The notes: a model not told the origin generated them from the letters alone. A DNA stretch of 64,000 nt from Selaginella moellendorffii (GCF_000143415.4 NW_003314321.1:1002236-1066235), one strand, 5' to 3'. Shown: positions 12,599 to 24,950, counted from the stretch's first letter. Numbers and translations: made by a program.

Positions 12599-15046
12599 TT
12601 GGCGGGCATCAAGGATCTCCACGCGAGGATCGCGAGGAGCGGCCAGGAGCGCAACCGCTACGTCGCAAATCTTCTCGTCCAGATGTACGCCAAGTGTGGG
12701 GATGTGGAGGAGGCCCAGATCGTCTTCGCCAAGATCAAGAACAAGAACGTTTTCTCGTGGACACTCATGATCGCAGCATTTGCCCAGAACGGGCATTGCG
12801 CGAGAGCGGTGGAGCTCTTCCGGGCGATGGACGTTCCACCGGAGGAGGCCACTTTCATCGCAGCTCTCGGGGCTTGCACCAAATGCGGCTGCTACGACCG
12901 AGGGCGAGAGATCCACGCCAGGATCAAGGAGTGTGGATTGGATTCCAGCCTCGTGCTCGGCAACACGCTCATCAACATGTATGGCAAATGCCGCGCGCTG
13001 CGTGACGCGAGGGTAGTTTTCGATCGAATGCCGGAGCGAAGCACCGTGTCGTGGAACGCGATCATCGGAGCTTATGCCCAGAATTCGCAGCACAGAGAAG
13101 CTCTGGAGCTCTTCCGGGAGATGATCACGAGAGCTCCAGGAGGGATCGTTCCGGACGAAGTTACGTTCCTTCCAGTGCTCCAGTCGTGCTCGGGGCTGCA
13201 AGACTTGGTAGAGGGCGAAGCGATTCACGATCTGGCAGCGAAACTGGGGCTGGAATCCAACGTTGTCATCGCCAACGCTCTCATCAACATGTATGGAAAG
13301 TGTGGCAGGATCGCAAAGGCCAGAGATCTCTTCGACCGGATGAAGAGGAGGAGCATTGTGTCGCTCAACACCATCATCTCCGCCTACGCTCTCAACGGCT
13401 GTGGTTTCCAGGCGATCGATCTCTACAAAAAGATGGCGGAGCTTGAGCAACAAAACTTCCAGCCAAACGATATCACCTTTGTGGTTCTCTTGGATGCCTG
13501 CGGCAGCGTTTCTTCGCTGGAGATCGGGCTGGAACTCCATCGAGAGATCGCTTCCCGGGGGCTCGAGTCCAGGATCAACGTCCAGAACGCTCTCATCAAC
13601 ATGTATGGGAAGTGTGGAAGCGTCGATAGTGCCAAGTCTGTGTTCCTGGCTATGGCTTCTTCTTCTCCTTCCTCCTCCTGTAGAGACGTGATCTCCTGGA
13701 CAGCGATGATCACTGCTCTAGCCCAGAACAGCCGCGAGGAAGAGGCCGTGGGATTGTTTCGAGAGATGGAGCTCGAGGGAGTGAAAGCCAACGACGTAAC
13801 TCTGGCCGCCCTGGCCACCGCGTTCGTCAACCTTGGGAACTTTGGCGATGGCTGCCACATCTATCCCCGAGTTGCCGCTCTCGGGATGAAGCTCGACGTG
13901 GTGCTCGGCACGGTTTTGATCGGCTTGCATGGGATCTGTGGTGAGGACGTGGTCACCGCGAGCAAGATCTTCGAGCAAATCGAGCACAGCAAGAAGAATG
14001 TGATCTCCTGGAACGCGATGATCGCTGTCTATGCTCAATCCGGGAAGAACAGCGAAGCTCTGGAGCTCTTCCGAGCGATGGACGTGAGACCCAACGAAGC
14101 TAGCATTGCTTCCTTGCTCCTTGGCTCCTTAACAAGCGTGGATCACCTCGACTTGATCCGAGAAGAAACGAGGATCCATAGCCTGGAGGGGAATCCCATC
14201 GCTGCCACGGCGCTGGTGAGTGCTTACGGCCGAGCCGGATCGATCGATGGAGCACGAGCGGCCATGGAGAGGATTCCCTGCGGAGAGAGAGACCTCGTGT
14301 CGTGGAACGCGATGGTGGCGGCGTGCTCTCAAAACGGCGCTGGAGAGGAAGCTCTGGATCTCTACCACCGGATGAATCTCGAGGGCGCTGTGAGGGCGAG
14401 CGAGATCACGTACTCGAGCGTGCTGATCGCGTGCCCGAGCCTGCGAGCTCTTCGATCGATCCACCACACGGTCGCCAGCGCCGGGTTCCTGGACGATCTG
14501 GGCGTCGCAAACTCGCTCACGAGCGCCTATGGGCGATTCGGCGAGGTCGATCGCGCGAAAGAGATCTTCGATGCCATGAGAACCGTGAGCGTCGTGAGCT
14601 GGACCGCAATCATCGCGAGCTACGCCCAGAACGGCCGCGTCCGCGAATCCCTGGAGCTCTTCCTGGGCATGGCGCTGGACGGGATCCATCCCAGCGAGGC
14701 CACCTTCACGAGCATCCTCTACGCTTGCAGCCACGCCGGGAAGATCGAAGAGGCGTGGCGCTGCTTCGCCAGCATCCACGGCGATTTCGGGATGGAAGCG
14801 AACGAAGAGAACTACCGGTGCGTGGTGGATCTGCTGGGGCGAGCCGGGAAGCTGGAAGAGGCCCGCGATCTGGTCCAGAGCATGCCATTCCCGGCGGATG
14901 GAGTGGCGTGGACGACGCTGCTGGCCTCTTGCAAGACTCACGATCGCGAGGAAGAGGGCAGAGACGCCGCGCGAGAGATGATCGCGCTGGAGCCGGACAA
15001 TGGCGCCTCGTACGTGATGCTTTCCTCGATCATCCCATTGCATTGA
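12599..15046 (+). CDS. PLS-class pentatricopeptide repeat protein (E-type, no DYW)
   Basis: 815-aa intronless ORF with repeated NALINMYGKCG / VSWNAMI motifs and truncated E domain (MPFPADGVAWTTLLASCK..SYVMLS); frame is open from ~12419 but has no ATG before ~12683. Confidence 0.93.
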   Translation: MAGIKDLHARIARSGQERNRYVANLLVQMYAKCGDVEEAQIVFAKIKNKNVFSWTLMIAAFAQNGHCARAVELFRAMDVPPEEATFIAALGACTKCGCYDRGREIHARIKECGLDSSLVLGNTLINMYGKCRALRDARVVFDRMPERSTVSWNAIIGAYAQNSQHREALELFREMITRAPGGIVPDEVTFLPVLQSCSGLQDLVEGEAIHDLAAKLGLESNVVIANALINMYGKCGRIAKARDLFDRMKRRSIVSLNTIISAYALNGCGFQAIDLYKKMAELEQQNFQPNDITFVVLLDACGSVSSLEIGLELHREIASRGLESRINVQNALINMYGKCGSVDSAKSVFLAMASSSPSSSCRDVISWTAMITALAQNSREEEAVGLFREMELEGVKANDVTLAALATAFVNLGNFGDGCHIYPRVAALGMKLDVVLGTVLIGLHGICGEDVVTASKIFEQIEHSKKNVISWNAMIAVYAQSGKNSEALELFRAMDVRPNEASIASLLLGSLTSVDHLDLIREETRIHSLEGNPIAATALVSAYGRAGSIDGARAAMERIPCGERDLVSWNAMVAACSQNGAGEEALDLYHRMNLEGAVRASEITYSSVLIACPSLRALRSIHHTVASAGFLDDLGVANSLTSAYGRFGEVDRAKEIFDAMRTVSVVSWTAIIASYAQNGRVRESLELFLGMALDGIHPSEATFTSILYACSHAGKIEEAWRCFASIHGDFGMEANEENYRCVVDLLGRAGKLEEARDLVQSMPFPADGVAWTTLLASCKTHDREEEGRDAAREMIALEPDNGASYVMLSSIIPLH

Positions 15047-15348
15047 GCATTCTTCTATTAGGGTTCTTGATAGAAGCTCGAGGATTTCCAAGGCAAGGTC
15101 TCTCTCTCTCGACCTTTCTTTCATGGAATTTGACGAGTACTTCCACATACCCATTCGCGAGCGCTGGAAAGAAGGCAGTGATCCATCCCTTGGCAATGTG
15201 GAGCTCCAGCGCCAGGGAGGTGAGTCAATCCATGGAATCTTCTCTATTTCCAGCACAGATTCTAGATCTCTCAATCCATGATCGTAGGCGCTGCTATGAA
15301 GCGATCGATCAGCATGTGCTCAAAGATTTCTAGAGCTTCTCCTCAGCG

Positions 15349-18300
15349 ATGGAAGTGCACCAAAAAAATATTCCTAGCGGGGCTTTAAATGGTGGTGCTA
15401 AGGTCTTTCCTTTTCATTGCTCCGTGAGCGATGATCCCTGAGAGTGTCCAGGCGGGCAGCAAAGCCCAGCTCAATGGAGAGCTCGCGGAGGACTTTACGA
15501 TAGAGTCCAAGGTAACGCTGGTCACGCTTCTCAAAGACGCTCTCTTTAAACTCGATTCCAACGAAGGTGGCGACGCTCCAGGCGTCGAGGTATGGTTCTT
15601 AGCTTCAAGGACTTTACGAAATCTTCTCCTGTTTTTTCCAGTCTCTGGCTAGTCTTTTGGTTTCCGCGGACGCGGAGATCGTGGTGTTGGCCTTGGAAGT
15701 TCTCGCCGCGGCTCAAACCAAGGATGGTTATTCTTCCAAGACGATGAGCTACGTGCGAGAGATATCTTACGGATGGCCAAGCAGGGATCAGTGGTTCTGT
15801 GCAAAGGAGGCAGCTTGGAGTCTATACTTCGAGTTCTATCAAGATGGGAAGCTGGAAGTCATTCAGGTTGAGGTGGAGGAGCTGTGTAGGGAAGATTGCT
15901 TGGATCTCTTCAACAGGTTGGTCCGTGACTTCAAGGTGCCTGGGGAGCTCCGGTTTTCTTTGCTCACCAGGATTCGCTTCGCAAAGGCATTCTCATCGGC
16001 AGAAACTCGGTACGAGTACCTTCGAATTTCCATCTTGGCTCTGGGGCTCGTACCGCATGTAGAAAAATCCCAACTCTTGGACTTGGAGGCGGTGGCGTGC
16101 GATGGAGTTGTTCCAGAGAGTGTTCGAATCTCGGCACTGTATGCACTGGGAGCTCACGGAAAGGAGGACATACTCACGACCGCGGAAAGAGATGCAAAGG
16201 TCCATGAGTTTCTCAGTGGGAAAGTCCAGCATTCCAGTGGTTTTATCAAAGCTTTGCTGGATAATTCCTCGGCCCCCATAGATCTCCAGGATGAAGACAG
16301 GAAACGCCGCCGTCAGCTTCCATCCTCCGTCTTTGGAGTCCTGAGCTTGAACGAGGCCTTGATCTGGCTTGAAGACGAACTCAAGGACATCAGCAGTAGC
16401 GATGACGACTCGCTCAGGGAAAAGCAACGAATGATCAGAGACTTGCTTTCCAAGGCCTTCGAGGGGGGTGAGGGAGAGGTCGAGCAGTTCTTGGTAAAAA
16501 TCTTTGACAATCCCAGACTGTTGAGGGGGACTTCAAGCAGCTCAAAGGTGTCCACTGATGGCTGGAAGATTGTGGAAGCAACCATGTCCTGGAAGTTATC
16601 AGATGAGTTACACGCGAAGTTGGCCAAGTTGATTCTAGACGACGTGACAGCCGTTCCTGAAGCTGTGCTGCTCAAGGCACTGAGTGCTAGTTTCATGTCG
16701 ACTCTCGTTGGGGTTGGCGGCTACGAGTTTCTTCGCCAGCTTCCGGTGTCTGTGGTTATGAAGCTCGAAAGATTTCCTCCCACAGACAAATGTGGGGGTT
16801 ACGCAGAGATGGCCAAGAGTTTGTGCGAGGATTTTGGATCGTTAATCGAAGGGAAGTGCGCTGAGAAGGTGGAGGTGCTACCCTGGATCGTCGAGCGGAT
16901 GCTATTCAACAACGATGGTCATTGCAACGCTTTTTTTTTCAAGCAGCTCTTCATGTCCGGCGCATTGGACAAGCTGTTGATCGCCTTCGAAGCTTTCGGA
17001 AGCTGCTCGACACCAGTTGGAAGCTCGACGACAGGGATGGCACCATCGCTAGACGTGTACTTCTCCATTTTCTGCCAGCTTTTGGACTCGGAGTGGGCGG
17101 ACCTTACAGGAGAGGAGGACGAGAAAAGAATCAAGCAACAGATTTTCTATGCGGTCCTTCGCGTAATTCGACTCTGTGACATCTCCCAGTTCACTCCAAG
17201 GATGGCGGCAGCGGTTCTCGAACAGTTGTGCAAGAAGAACCCTGCCGAAGTTGACGATTTGGCCGTTTCAAAACTGGTGTCAATGGGATACGATAAGGCA
17301 GTGGCGAGAGCAGCGCTGGAGAAGACAGGAGATTCCATTGAACGAGCCGTTGAGAAGATGGCTGAGGAAAACTTGCTGGAGACAAGCTTTCCACCAATGC
17401 TGGAGATGGTCGACCTCCTCTTGAAACTTATGAACTGTCACGGCTCCGAGGATTTGATTCTTACCATCTGGAGGAACGGCGTGTTGCACGAAAGAGAGAC
17501 CGCCTTGGTGTCACTGGTTTGCCAGCTGGGATCTGAGGCAGCAGCTGCGAAGCTTTTAGCACTCCTGGTTACGAAAGATACCACTGCTGCTGTTGTTATT
17601 CGACGGCGTGGTATAGCAAACCAGTTTCTAGAGCTCTTGTTGTCTCCGAAATTTGAGACTTCAGTAGAGTCAGCTGCAGTGGTTTTAAGGCTTCTGTTTG
17701 GAGGAGGCGACCACGGTGGCAATCCTTTTGCTGCAAGTGTCATGTCCGAAGATCAGCACAAGCAAGCGGTAGTTTGGTTTGGAAACTTCATCTGCCAGAC
17801 TCCTCCTACAGCTCATGGACCAAAGCTGCTTAAACTCGGTGAAACTCTGACGAGGAACCGCAAGATGGCACTGGAGCTAGTGACAAATGCGAGGGACTTG
17901 GCTGTTCTTTTCGAAAGGTTGCTCAACCTAAGCGTCAACCCGGATTCTAAGAGTTGCGCTTGCAAGACGGTGTTGCATCTGCTGGAAGACCATCAGATGT
18001 TATACCACAGGATGGTGCGGGCGATTCGAGCACGTTTGTTGGCCAATGCGGCCGATGTGCATGATTTTTTGAGAGATATGTCGTCCTGGGCATTCAGAGA
18101 GCCCGCCATCTTCTTGCGAACATCATTTGACACCTGTGAAGTTGTTCGTGTGGGGAAGGACCAGCACTACATTTTTCTTAAGGGGGGTCAAGTCACCGGC
18201 AATGGTGGCGACGAAAGTGCATTGGTTTCCACCCATTTTCTCGACGTTTTTGCTCAGCTGCGCGATCCTCTTCTGGCCCGGCTAGACGACGTCAGGATTG

Positions 18301-21300
18301 AGCTCTTGACCAAGATTTATGACGAGTTTCCAGATTTTTTGCTCGGCCACGAAGCTGGAATTCTTGACCGGGTGTTAGAAAGTGAGTCAAAGGCATCCTC
18401 GGTGAGCAAGTTCTTAAAGGCTGTATGGCGGGAGAACAGGGACAGTGTCCTCCAAGCTCTGATGAAGGCGTTTTCCTTGGAGCTGATAAGTACCTCGAAA
18501 CTCGTCCGTCTTTCAAAGGTTTTGGAGAGCTGCTACGAGTTCCTGGATGCTCTTCTTGCCGACCGTATAGTTAAGAACCTTGCTGCGCTCGACTTAGACC
18601 ATCCAGAGGCAGCAGCGGTCGTAACTTCAGTTTTTGAGGTGCTGGCAAACTTTTTATCGAGTCACCGACATCGTCCCGTTGTTTCCATTCCGCCATATGT
18701 GTCGGAGGCTGGTGTCATCGCGTTTCTACAGGCGATGTACGCCACAGCAGAGGATCCCGTTGCTGCAATCAGCACTGGTGCCGAAGAGACGACACAGAAT
18801 ATGTGGGCATTTTTGGCGACGCTTGATCCGGACTTAAGATTGCAGGTACTTCCCAGTTTCCATTTCTCGTGCAGAAATATGTTGAAGTGTTTCTCGTGCA
18901 GATACTTCGGACCTGCCCGGACTTGCTTCCGGAGCTAACCCAGCATCAGCAGGCACCAAATGTTGCGTTACAAGACCAAGCTGCCGAGCATGACAGACAT
19001 CATACAGAAGATGAGCATGAAACCGAAGAGGAGGATCAAAACGAAGATGAGGATGATGAGTATGCTAATGGTGAAGATGGGACGGAAGATGGAGATGGCG
19101 AGGATGATGTCGAGGAGGATGACGAAATGCAGGATGGATTAGAAGGAGATCAGTGCGAACAAGAGCAAGAGATTTTTCCTCAGTCATGGGTGGTTGACAA
19201 CGACGACTTGGAAACACTCGTCAAGTTTCTCCGGTTTGCTCCAGAGTCATTTGACGAGAGGAAATTGGTCTCTTTTCTGAAGAAGCACACAAATCATGCT
19301 GAACTGGCGAGGGTGCTTGTTCGTATGCTCCTGAGAACCGAAAACTCACGAGCTTTTGGATCACCTGCCAATGGTCTTTTCCATCGCAACTTCGTTCTTG
19401 GTAAAGCTCAGTATTACTCCCTTCTAACCATCTAAACATTGTTTTGTTTTTTCCAGGAGTTCCCTGCTTCGTGCTGAAACGACTGTTGTGCCTTTTTGCT
19501 GAACTTGGTGGGCACCGTAACTCTTCCGTGTTGGCGTCACTAAAAGAAGACGACGTAGTCTCGATCGTGGCTTTGCTCTTCAGTCTGCTGGACGATCTCA
19601 AGTTTGTGGCGTCGGCGGTGCGTTTGCTAAAGCTCATGACTCTAGAGCTCAAACGCAACAAAGAAACAATCGCCATAACTGTTTCAGACGTGAAGCTTTA
19701 CAAGCTGTGTGATCTCTATGCCGTCAACGCAAGGTAAGAATCAAAACCGGTTCCCATACTGAAACTTGTAATGATGTTGCAGTGTGGGGGACGTTTTAGG
19801 CAACTTGATCGCTATAAATCCAGCTCTTTCCCCAGCTATCCTCTCGCGAATGACGAGCATATCTACGAAACTCGTCAGCTCGGTCGTGAAGGAGCTAGAA
19901 GTTGGCGATTATACATCCACCGGTGCTGTTTTAAATCTTATACGAACGCTTGATCGAGTGGAGCAGAAGGATCTTCCGCACCTCGTCTCCGCTCTAGATC
20001 CTTTGTGGGGATTCGTACGCAGTGGCATGCCAAAGGCAGCACGGCCACTCGTCGGGGCTTTCTTCCTCGCGCAACAATTTATCTCGGATGCACCAGCACC
20101 CTCGACTCTAGCTCTTGCACGAGAACTGGTCGGGCAGAATGTCGTCAAAATCGAGGTCTTGCTTCCAGTGCTTCGAAAATGCCCCGGCCTTTTGGCTATG
20201 GAAGACAAGCATGAGTTCCTCCTGAGCAAGTTCCCGATTTCCGAGAGTGAGGAGATACGTATACACAGGCACGACATTCTAAAGGACTCTTACGAGGAAC
20301 TTGGGCAGCGCTCGGCAGAAAAGCTGAAAAAGTTCCAGTTGAGTGTGCATTTCCGTGGAGAGGAAGGCGAAGGTGAAGGACTGGGACGCGAGTGGTTTCA
20401 GGTGGTGTCACAAGCCATTGTCGAGGAGCAAGCGCTTTTGTTCTCTCCAGTCGGGGATTGTTACCAGCCGAATCCAAGCTCGGCTTCTTGTCCTGGTCAT
20501 CTCTCATACTTCAAGTTTGTTGGTCGCCTGGTAAGCGGTGGTGCTGCTCATCGCTTCTTATCTAATTCTACTTGCAAAAACCAGGCAGCCAAGGCTATCA
20601 TCGACTCTCAAAAACTGGATATACGCTTCACTCGCTCGTTTTACAAACACATACTTGGAAGAGAAGTCACATACATGGACATGGAACCGGAGGTTTCCAA
20701 AAGCCTCGTATGGCTGTTAGAGGTAAATTTGTTCATTTCTTTTACACCCTCTTAGAAATCCTGATTTCCAGAACAAGGTTGAGGAGTCCATGGGCCTGAG
20801 CTTCAGCATAGACGATCATTCAGATGGACGCAAAGAGGTGAGTACAGCTTCTTTCACATCACCATATCCATTTCCTTTTGTTTACTGTAGATGGCGATTC
20901 ATGATCTTATTCCTGGAGGTCGAGATGTTCCAGTGACTGAGGAAAACAAGCATGACTATGTGAATCATGTCGCCGACTACCGCTTGACAGGCTCGATCAA
21001 GCCGCAGATAGACGCGTTTCTGGATGGTTTCTACGAACTGATATCGAAGGATTTGATATCCATTTTCGATGTCAAGGAGCTAGAGCTGCTCATGAGTGGG
21101 CCTCCTGATGTAGACGGTATGTTTCTTCTTCTTGTCAAACCTCTCTCAGAGTGTGATTTTGTGTGCTTGCAGTTGAAGAGTTGCAAAAAGTTGCAAGATG
21201 TGAACATACTTATTGTATTTTGAAATGGTTTTGGGATGCAGTTAATGGCTTTTGCAAGGAGGACAAAGTTCGGCTGCTTAAGTTCATGACTGGGTCTTCC

Positions 21301-21573
21301 AAGGTATGACAAAAGATCTTATACTTTTTTACAAGCTTTTGTTTCACCAGATTTCAAACACGGGCATTTTGATAACTGAAGGTGGTGAATGGAATCAATT
21401 ACCAACGGCATATACTTGGTAAGCATCAGTTTTGTCCTATGGTATTTGTCTAATATCATCGACATTTTAGCTCTGGGACTATCGTTCTTCCTCACTATCA
21501 GTCGAGAGAGCAATTGGAAGAGAAACTCTTGCTTGCTATTCGCGAAGGCTGCGAAGGTTTTGGCTTTGTATAG
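15349..21573 (+). CDS. Divergent, compact UPL1/UPL2 (HUWE1/Tom1)-like HECT E3 ubiquitin ligase (multi-exon)
   Basis: RFSLLTRIRFAKAF (DUF908/913 region), UBA (LVSMGYDKAVARAALEKTG), FLATLDPDLR motif, acidic tract, HECT (VHFRGEEGEGEGLGREWF, HLSYFKFVGR, LPTAYT-C spliced, GFGFV*). Start approximate. Confidence 0.88.
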
Positions 21574-21623
21574 AGAAATTATTTCGATCAATGTAAAAAG
21601 TAGATCAAAATGGAACCCTTCTT

Positions 21624-23285
21624 CTACATTTCTTGCATGGCATAGATATTTGCCATGAGCACGTACTCTGACTTTGATTCCGCCAATGACTCAAACGCTG
21701 GTCGCCCGATGGTGGCGTTCCTCCACTTTTGACAAGCGCTGAGTAGCGCCCTCCACACCGCAGCGTCCGCCTCCACAGGCATCGTCTTGGCCAAGCTCCA
21801 AGCTTCTTCCAGCCGATTGGAACGTCCCAGCAAATCCACCATGCAGCAGTAGTGTTGGATCCCCGGAGTGATCCCAAACTCGGCCACCATCGCTCGGAAG
21901 TAGCTCTTTCCTGTCTCGACCAGACCGGCGTGAGTGCAAGCCGTGAGAATCGCGAGAAAGATCACACCATCAGCCTTCACGCCAGTGTCTTTCATCTGTC
22001 CAAACAGATCCAAAACTCGATCGCTGCTTCCCTGCCGACTGTAGCCTGTGATCAGCGAGCTCCAGGTAGCTAAGTCGGGCTTCTCGAGCAAACCATCGAA
22101 GTTTAGGTGAGCGTCGGTCATGTCTCCACACTTGCCGTAGAAACCAACCAGGGAAGCTGCCACAAACTCGTCGTCTTCCAATCCACTCCTACAAATCCCA
22201 GCATGGATGATCTTCCCAGCTTCCAAGTCTGCTAAATTTCCACACGCGACGAGCGCAGGAACGCAAGCTCTGGCATTTGGTGACGGACAGTGCACTCGAG
22301 CCTTCATGCATCCAAACAGCTCCACCGCAAGCCTGTTGTCGGAGTTCTCTGCGTAGCCGAGCAGCAGCGAAGTCCACGACACAACGTCGTGTTCTTCCAT
22401 CCTGTCAAAAACCATCCGAGCATCCACCATGCTGCCACACTTGGAGTACATGTCCACAAGAGAGTTTCCAACGTAAATGTGTCTCAAGTTCCTTGTAGCA
22501 GCCGCTCGAGCGTGCAAAACCACCCCTTTTTCTAGTGATCCCATCTTGTCACCGTTTCTGGTTGCTAGATTCGAGCAGGCCTTGAGAGCAGCCACGAAAG
22601 TTAAGTGATTTGGTTCGCAGGAGCCTGGCTTGGAAACCATTCGAGTGAAGAGCTCCAATGCTGCCTCCTCCTGGTCGCTGTCTGCGTAGCCGGAGATGAG
22701 AGCAGTGTAAGAAACCACGTCGGGACGAGCGATGGCATCGAAGACTTTGCGAGCCTCGTCCATGCTCTTGCACTTTGCGTACATGTCGATCAAGGTGGTG
22801 GCCACACGGATGTTTGAGTCGAGCTTGCTCGCCACCGCGTAGCTGTGGAGTTGCTTCCCATGGCACAAGTCTCTCGAGACACTACATTCCTTGAGCGCTG
22901 CGAGGAGTTGGACCCTCTCGTCTTGGAAATCGATTGCTCTCCTCTGCCATGAAGTTTTAGATTACAAGAAGAAGAAGAAGAAACACAAAGAAAACTCACG
23001 AGTTTGTGTTGCTCATGTAGTGATTTACTTCTTTCTTCTCCCTGTTGATGCAAGTGTGTCAAGCCAGAGGAAGAAAAATTGGTTGAGAGAAAGGCTACTC
23101 ACGGGTGCTCTTTGGTCGTGAAAAAATCGCTCTGTTACATGTTTGATCTGGCATGGTTTGCTTTCGGGTAAAAACTGGAAGAAGGGAAAAACAAAGAGAA
23201 ATTCAAATGCTCACGAGAGTGTGTTGGCCGCGGAGCTGAGCTGCGAGAAATCTAGCCCTTTTGGTTATAGCATCAATCGTTGCTG
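21624..23285 (-). CDS. PLS-class PPR protein (E-type) with small spliced 5' exons
   Basis: 414-aa ORF 21624-22868 with PLS repeats and E domain; in-frame upstream exons joined by GTGAG..AG introns (..GQHTL|IKHVTERFFHDQRAP|GEERSKSLHEQHKL|RRAIDFQ..); start not identified. Confidence 0.88.
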
Positions 23286-23489
23286 CCTAGAACTAGAAGA
23301 AGCAAATCTAAGAGCAAAGCTTTTCTTTACAAAAGAAATACTCACGCTCTGGTCGAGAGAAGGTCAGCCCCGATCGCCCAAAGCGCCCAAACGATCGATC
23401 CGGGAAGAAAATGCCCGCCCTCGAGATTTAGGGTTTATTCACTTTTCTCCCCTTTGGAGAAATTTGGAAATCTAGGGCTCTAGGAAGCG

Positions 23490-24553
23490 ATGGGGAGAAT
23501 GAAGCCGGCAGCGCTGCTCCAGCAGAGCAAGCGCAAGAAAGGCCCGTCGCGGCTCAGCCTCCCCACCATCATCTCCTGCAACGTCGTCGTCGTCTTGCTC
23601 TTCCTCTCAGTCCTGGCGCTTCACAGGCACAGCCAGTGAGTCGGATCGACGAATCCTTTCTTCCTCGGATCTCATGCTTTGATTTATTCGTTCCAGGAGC
23701 GGCAGCAGCAGCGGCAATCGGAGTCGCCAGGTGAGGAAATGAATAGATTTTTGAGAGATCTTTGCTGGGTTCTTGATGCAGGGCATTGGTCGGAAAGAAA
23801 AATTTGGCATGGATCTTCCCAAGTATGCGGTAACATTTTTATTCTTGTTTTCAAGGAATTCTTCGTTCTTATGCTCTCTTTCTCTTTGTGAATCTAGTTG
23901 ATGAACACAACCAAAGGTGTCATCGTTTTGGAGCTCTTCCGCGACGAAGTTCCCAAAACCGTGGAGAACTTCGCAGTGCTTGGGTACCATCGTCTCTTCT
24001 GGTTTTCTCTTCCCTTGCTCATGCTTTGGCTCCCAGGCAGCAAGGATATTACGACGGTGTCAAGTTCCACCGAGTCATCAAGGATTTCATGATCCAAGGT
24101 GGTGATCCCAGCGGAGATGGAAGAGGAGGCGAGTCCATTTGGGGTGGATCCTTCGAAGACGAGTTTAGACCCAAGTAAGCAAGAGCTCTCGTTGTTGAAG
24201 TTTGGAGATTCTCATGGTTTTGTGTAGCTTGAAGCACGAACCATTCACGCTGTCCATGGCAAACTCTGGCCCGGACTCCAATCGCTCCCAGTTCTTCATC
24301 ACAACCGTGGAGACTCCACACCTGGACAACAAGCACACCGTGTTTGGACGCGTTGTGCGTGGCCAAGACGTTGTCAAGGCAAGCTTCTTTCTCTTTGTTT
24401 GTTCTTCAGCATCGCTTACTTCTCTCTCTCTCTCTCTCTCTCTCTCTTGGTTGTGTCTTTTAGGAAATAGAAGCCCAAGAAACTAACTCGGAAAATCGAC
24501 CCTTAGTTCCCGTTACCATTCACAGTGTACGAGTCGGCAACGATCTTGCTTAA
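23490..24553 (+). CDS. CYP21-4: Cyclophilin-type PPIase with N-terminal membrane anchor (CYP21-4-like)
   Basis: N-terminus [33 protein letters not shown]; [42 protein letters not shown]; stop TAA 24553. Confidence 0.9.
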
Positions 24554-24683
24554 ATTTTTTTTTCCGCGTGTATTGTGATTGCGATGAATCTTACCAGCCG
24601 AGGTGGCAAACGCGTGTACCTTAACCTAACACGTCAGCGTTTTACGTGGAGAAGGGAGAGCGTGACACGTCAGCGTGCGCCCT

Positions 24684-24730
24684 ATCCCACATGCGAAGGC
24701 GTAGAATCGTGCCCTAGGTAGAGTATATAA
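24684..24730 (+). promoter_or_regulatory. snRNA promoter: USE plus TATA box
   Basis: ATCCCACATGC (24684-24694; plant USE RTCCCACATCG) and TATATAA (24724-24730), ~32 nt upstream of U2 start; spacing fits Pol II snRNA genes. Confidence 0.88.
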
Positions 24731-24755
24731 TGGGAGCGCCGGACTAATGCAACTC

Positions 24756-24950
24756 ATACCTTTCTCGGCCTTTTGGCTAAGATCAAGTGTAGTATCTGTT
24801 CTTATCAGTTTAATAGCTGATATGGGGCCACGTGCCCCAACGCTATTAACCTAGTTTTTTGTGGGAGGAGGGCCACCGGTAGCTTGCTACCCGGCTCTCC
24901 ACGTGTCGCTTTGGCCTTACACTACCGCCTTAGCCTGGCACAACCCAACC
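24756..24950 (+). ncRNA. U2: U2 spliceosomal snRNA
   Basis: ATACCTTTCTCGGCCTTTTGGCTAAGATCAAGTGTAGTATCTGTTCTTATCAGTTTAAT; branch-point pairing GTAGTA, U-rich Sm site, 3' stem-loops; 3' end approximate. Confidence 0.96.

Noticed and set aside
12395-15333. Long alternative-frame and antisense ORFs (381, 381, 343 aa) over the PPR gene
   Set aside because: Shadow ORFs expected from GC-rich codon usage; no motifs
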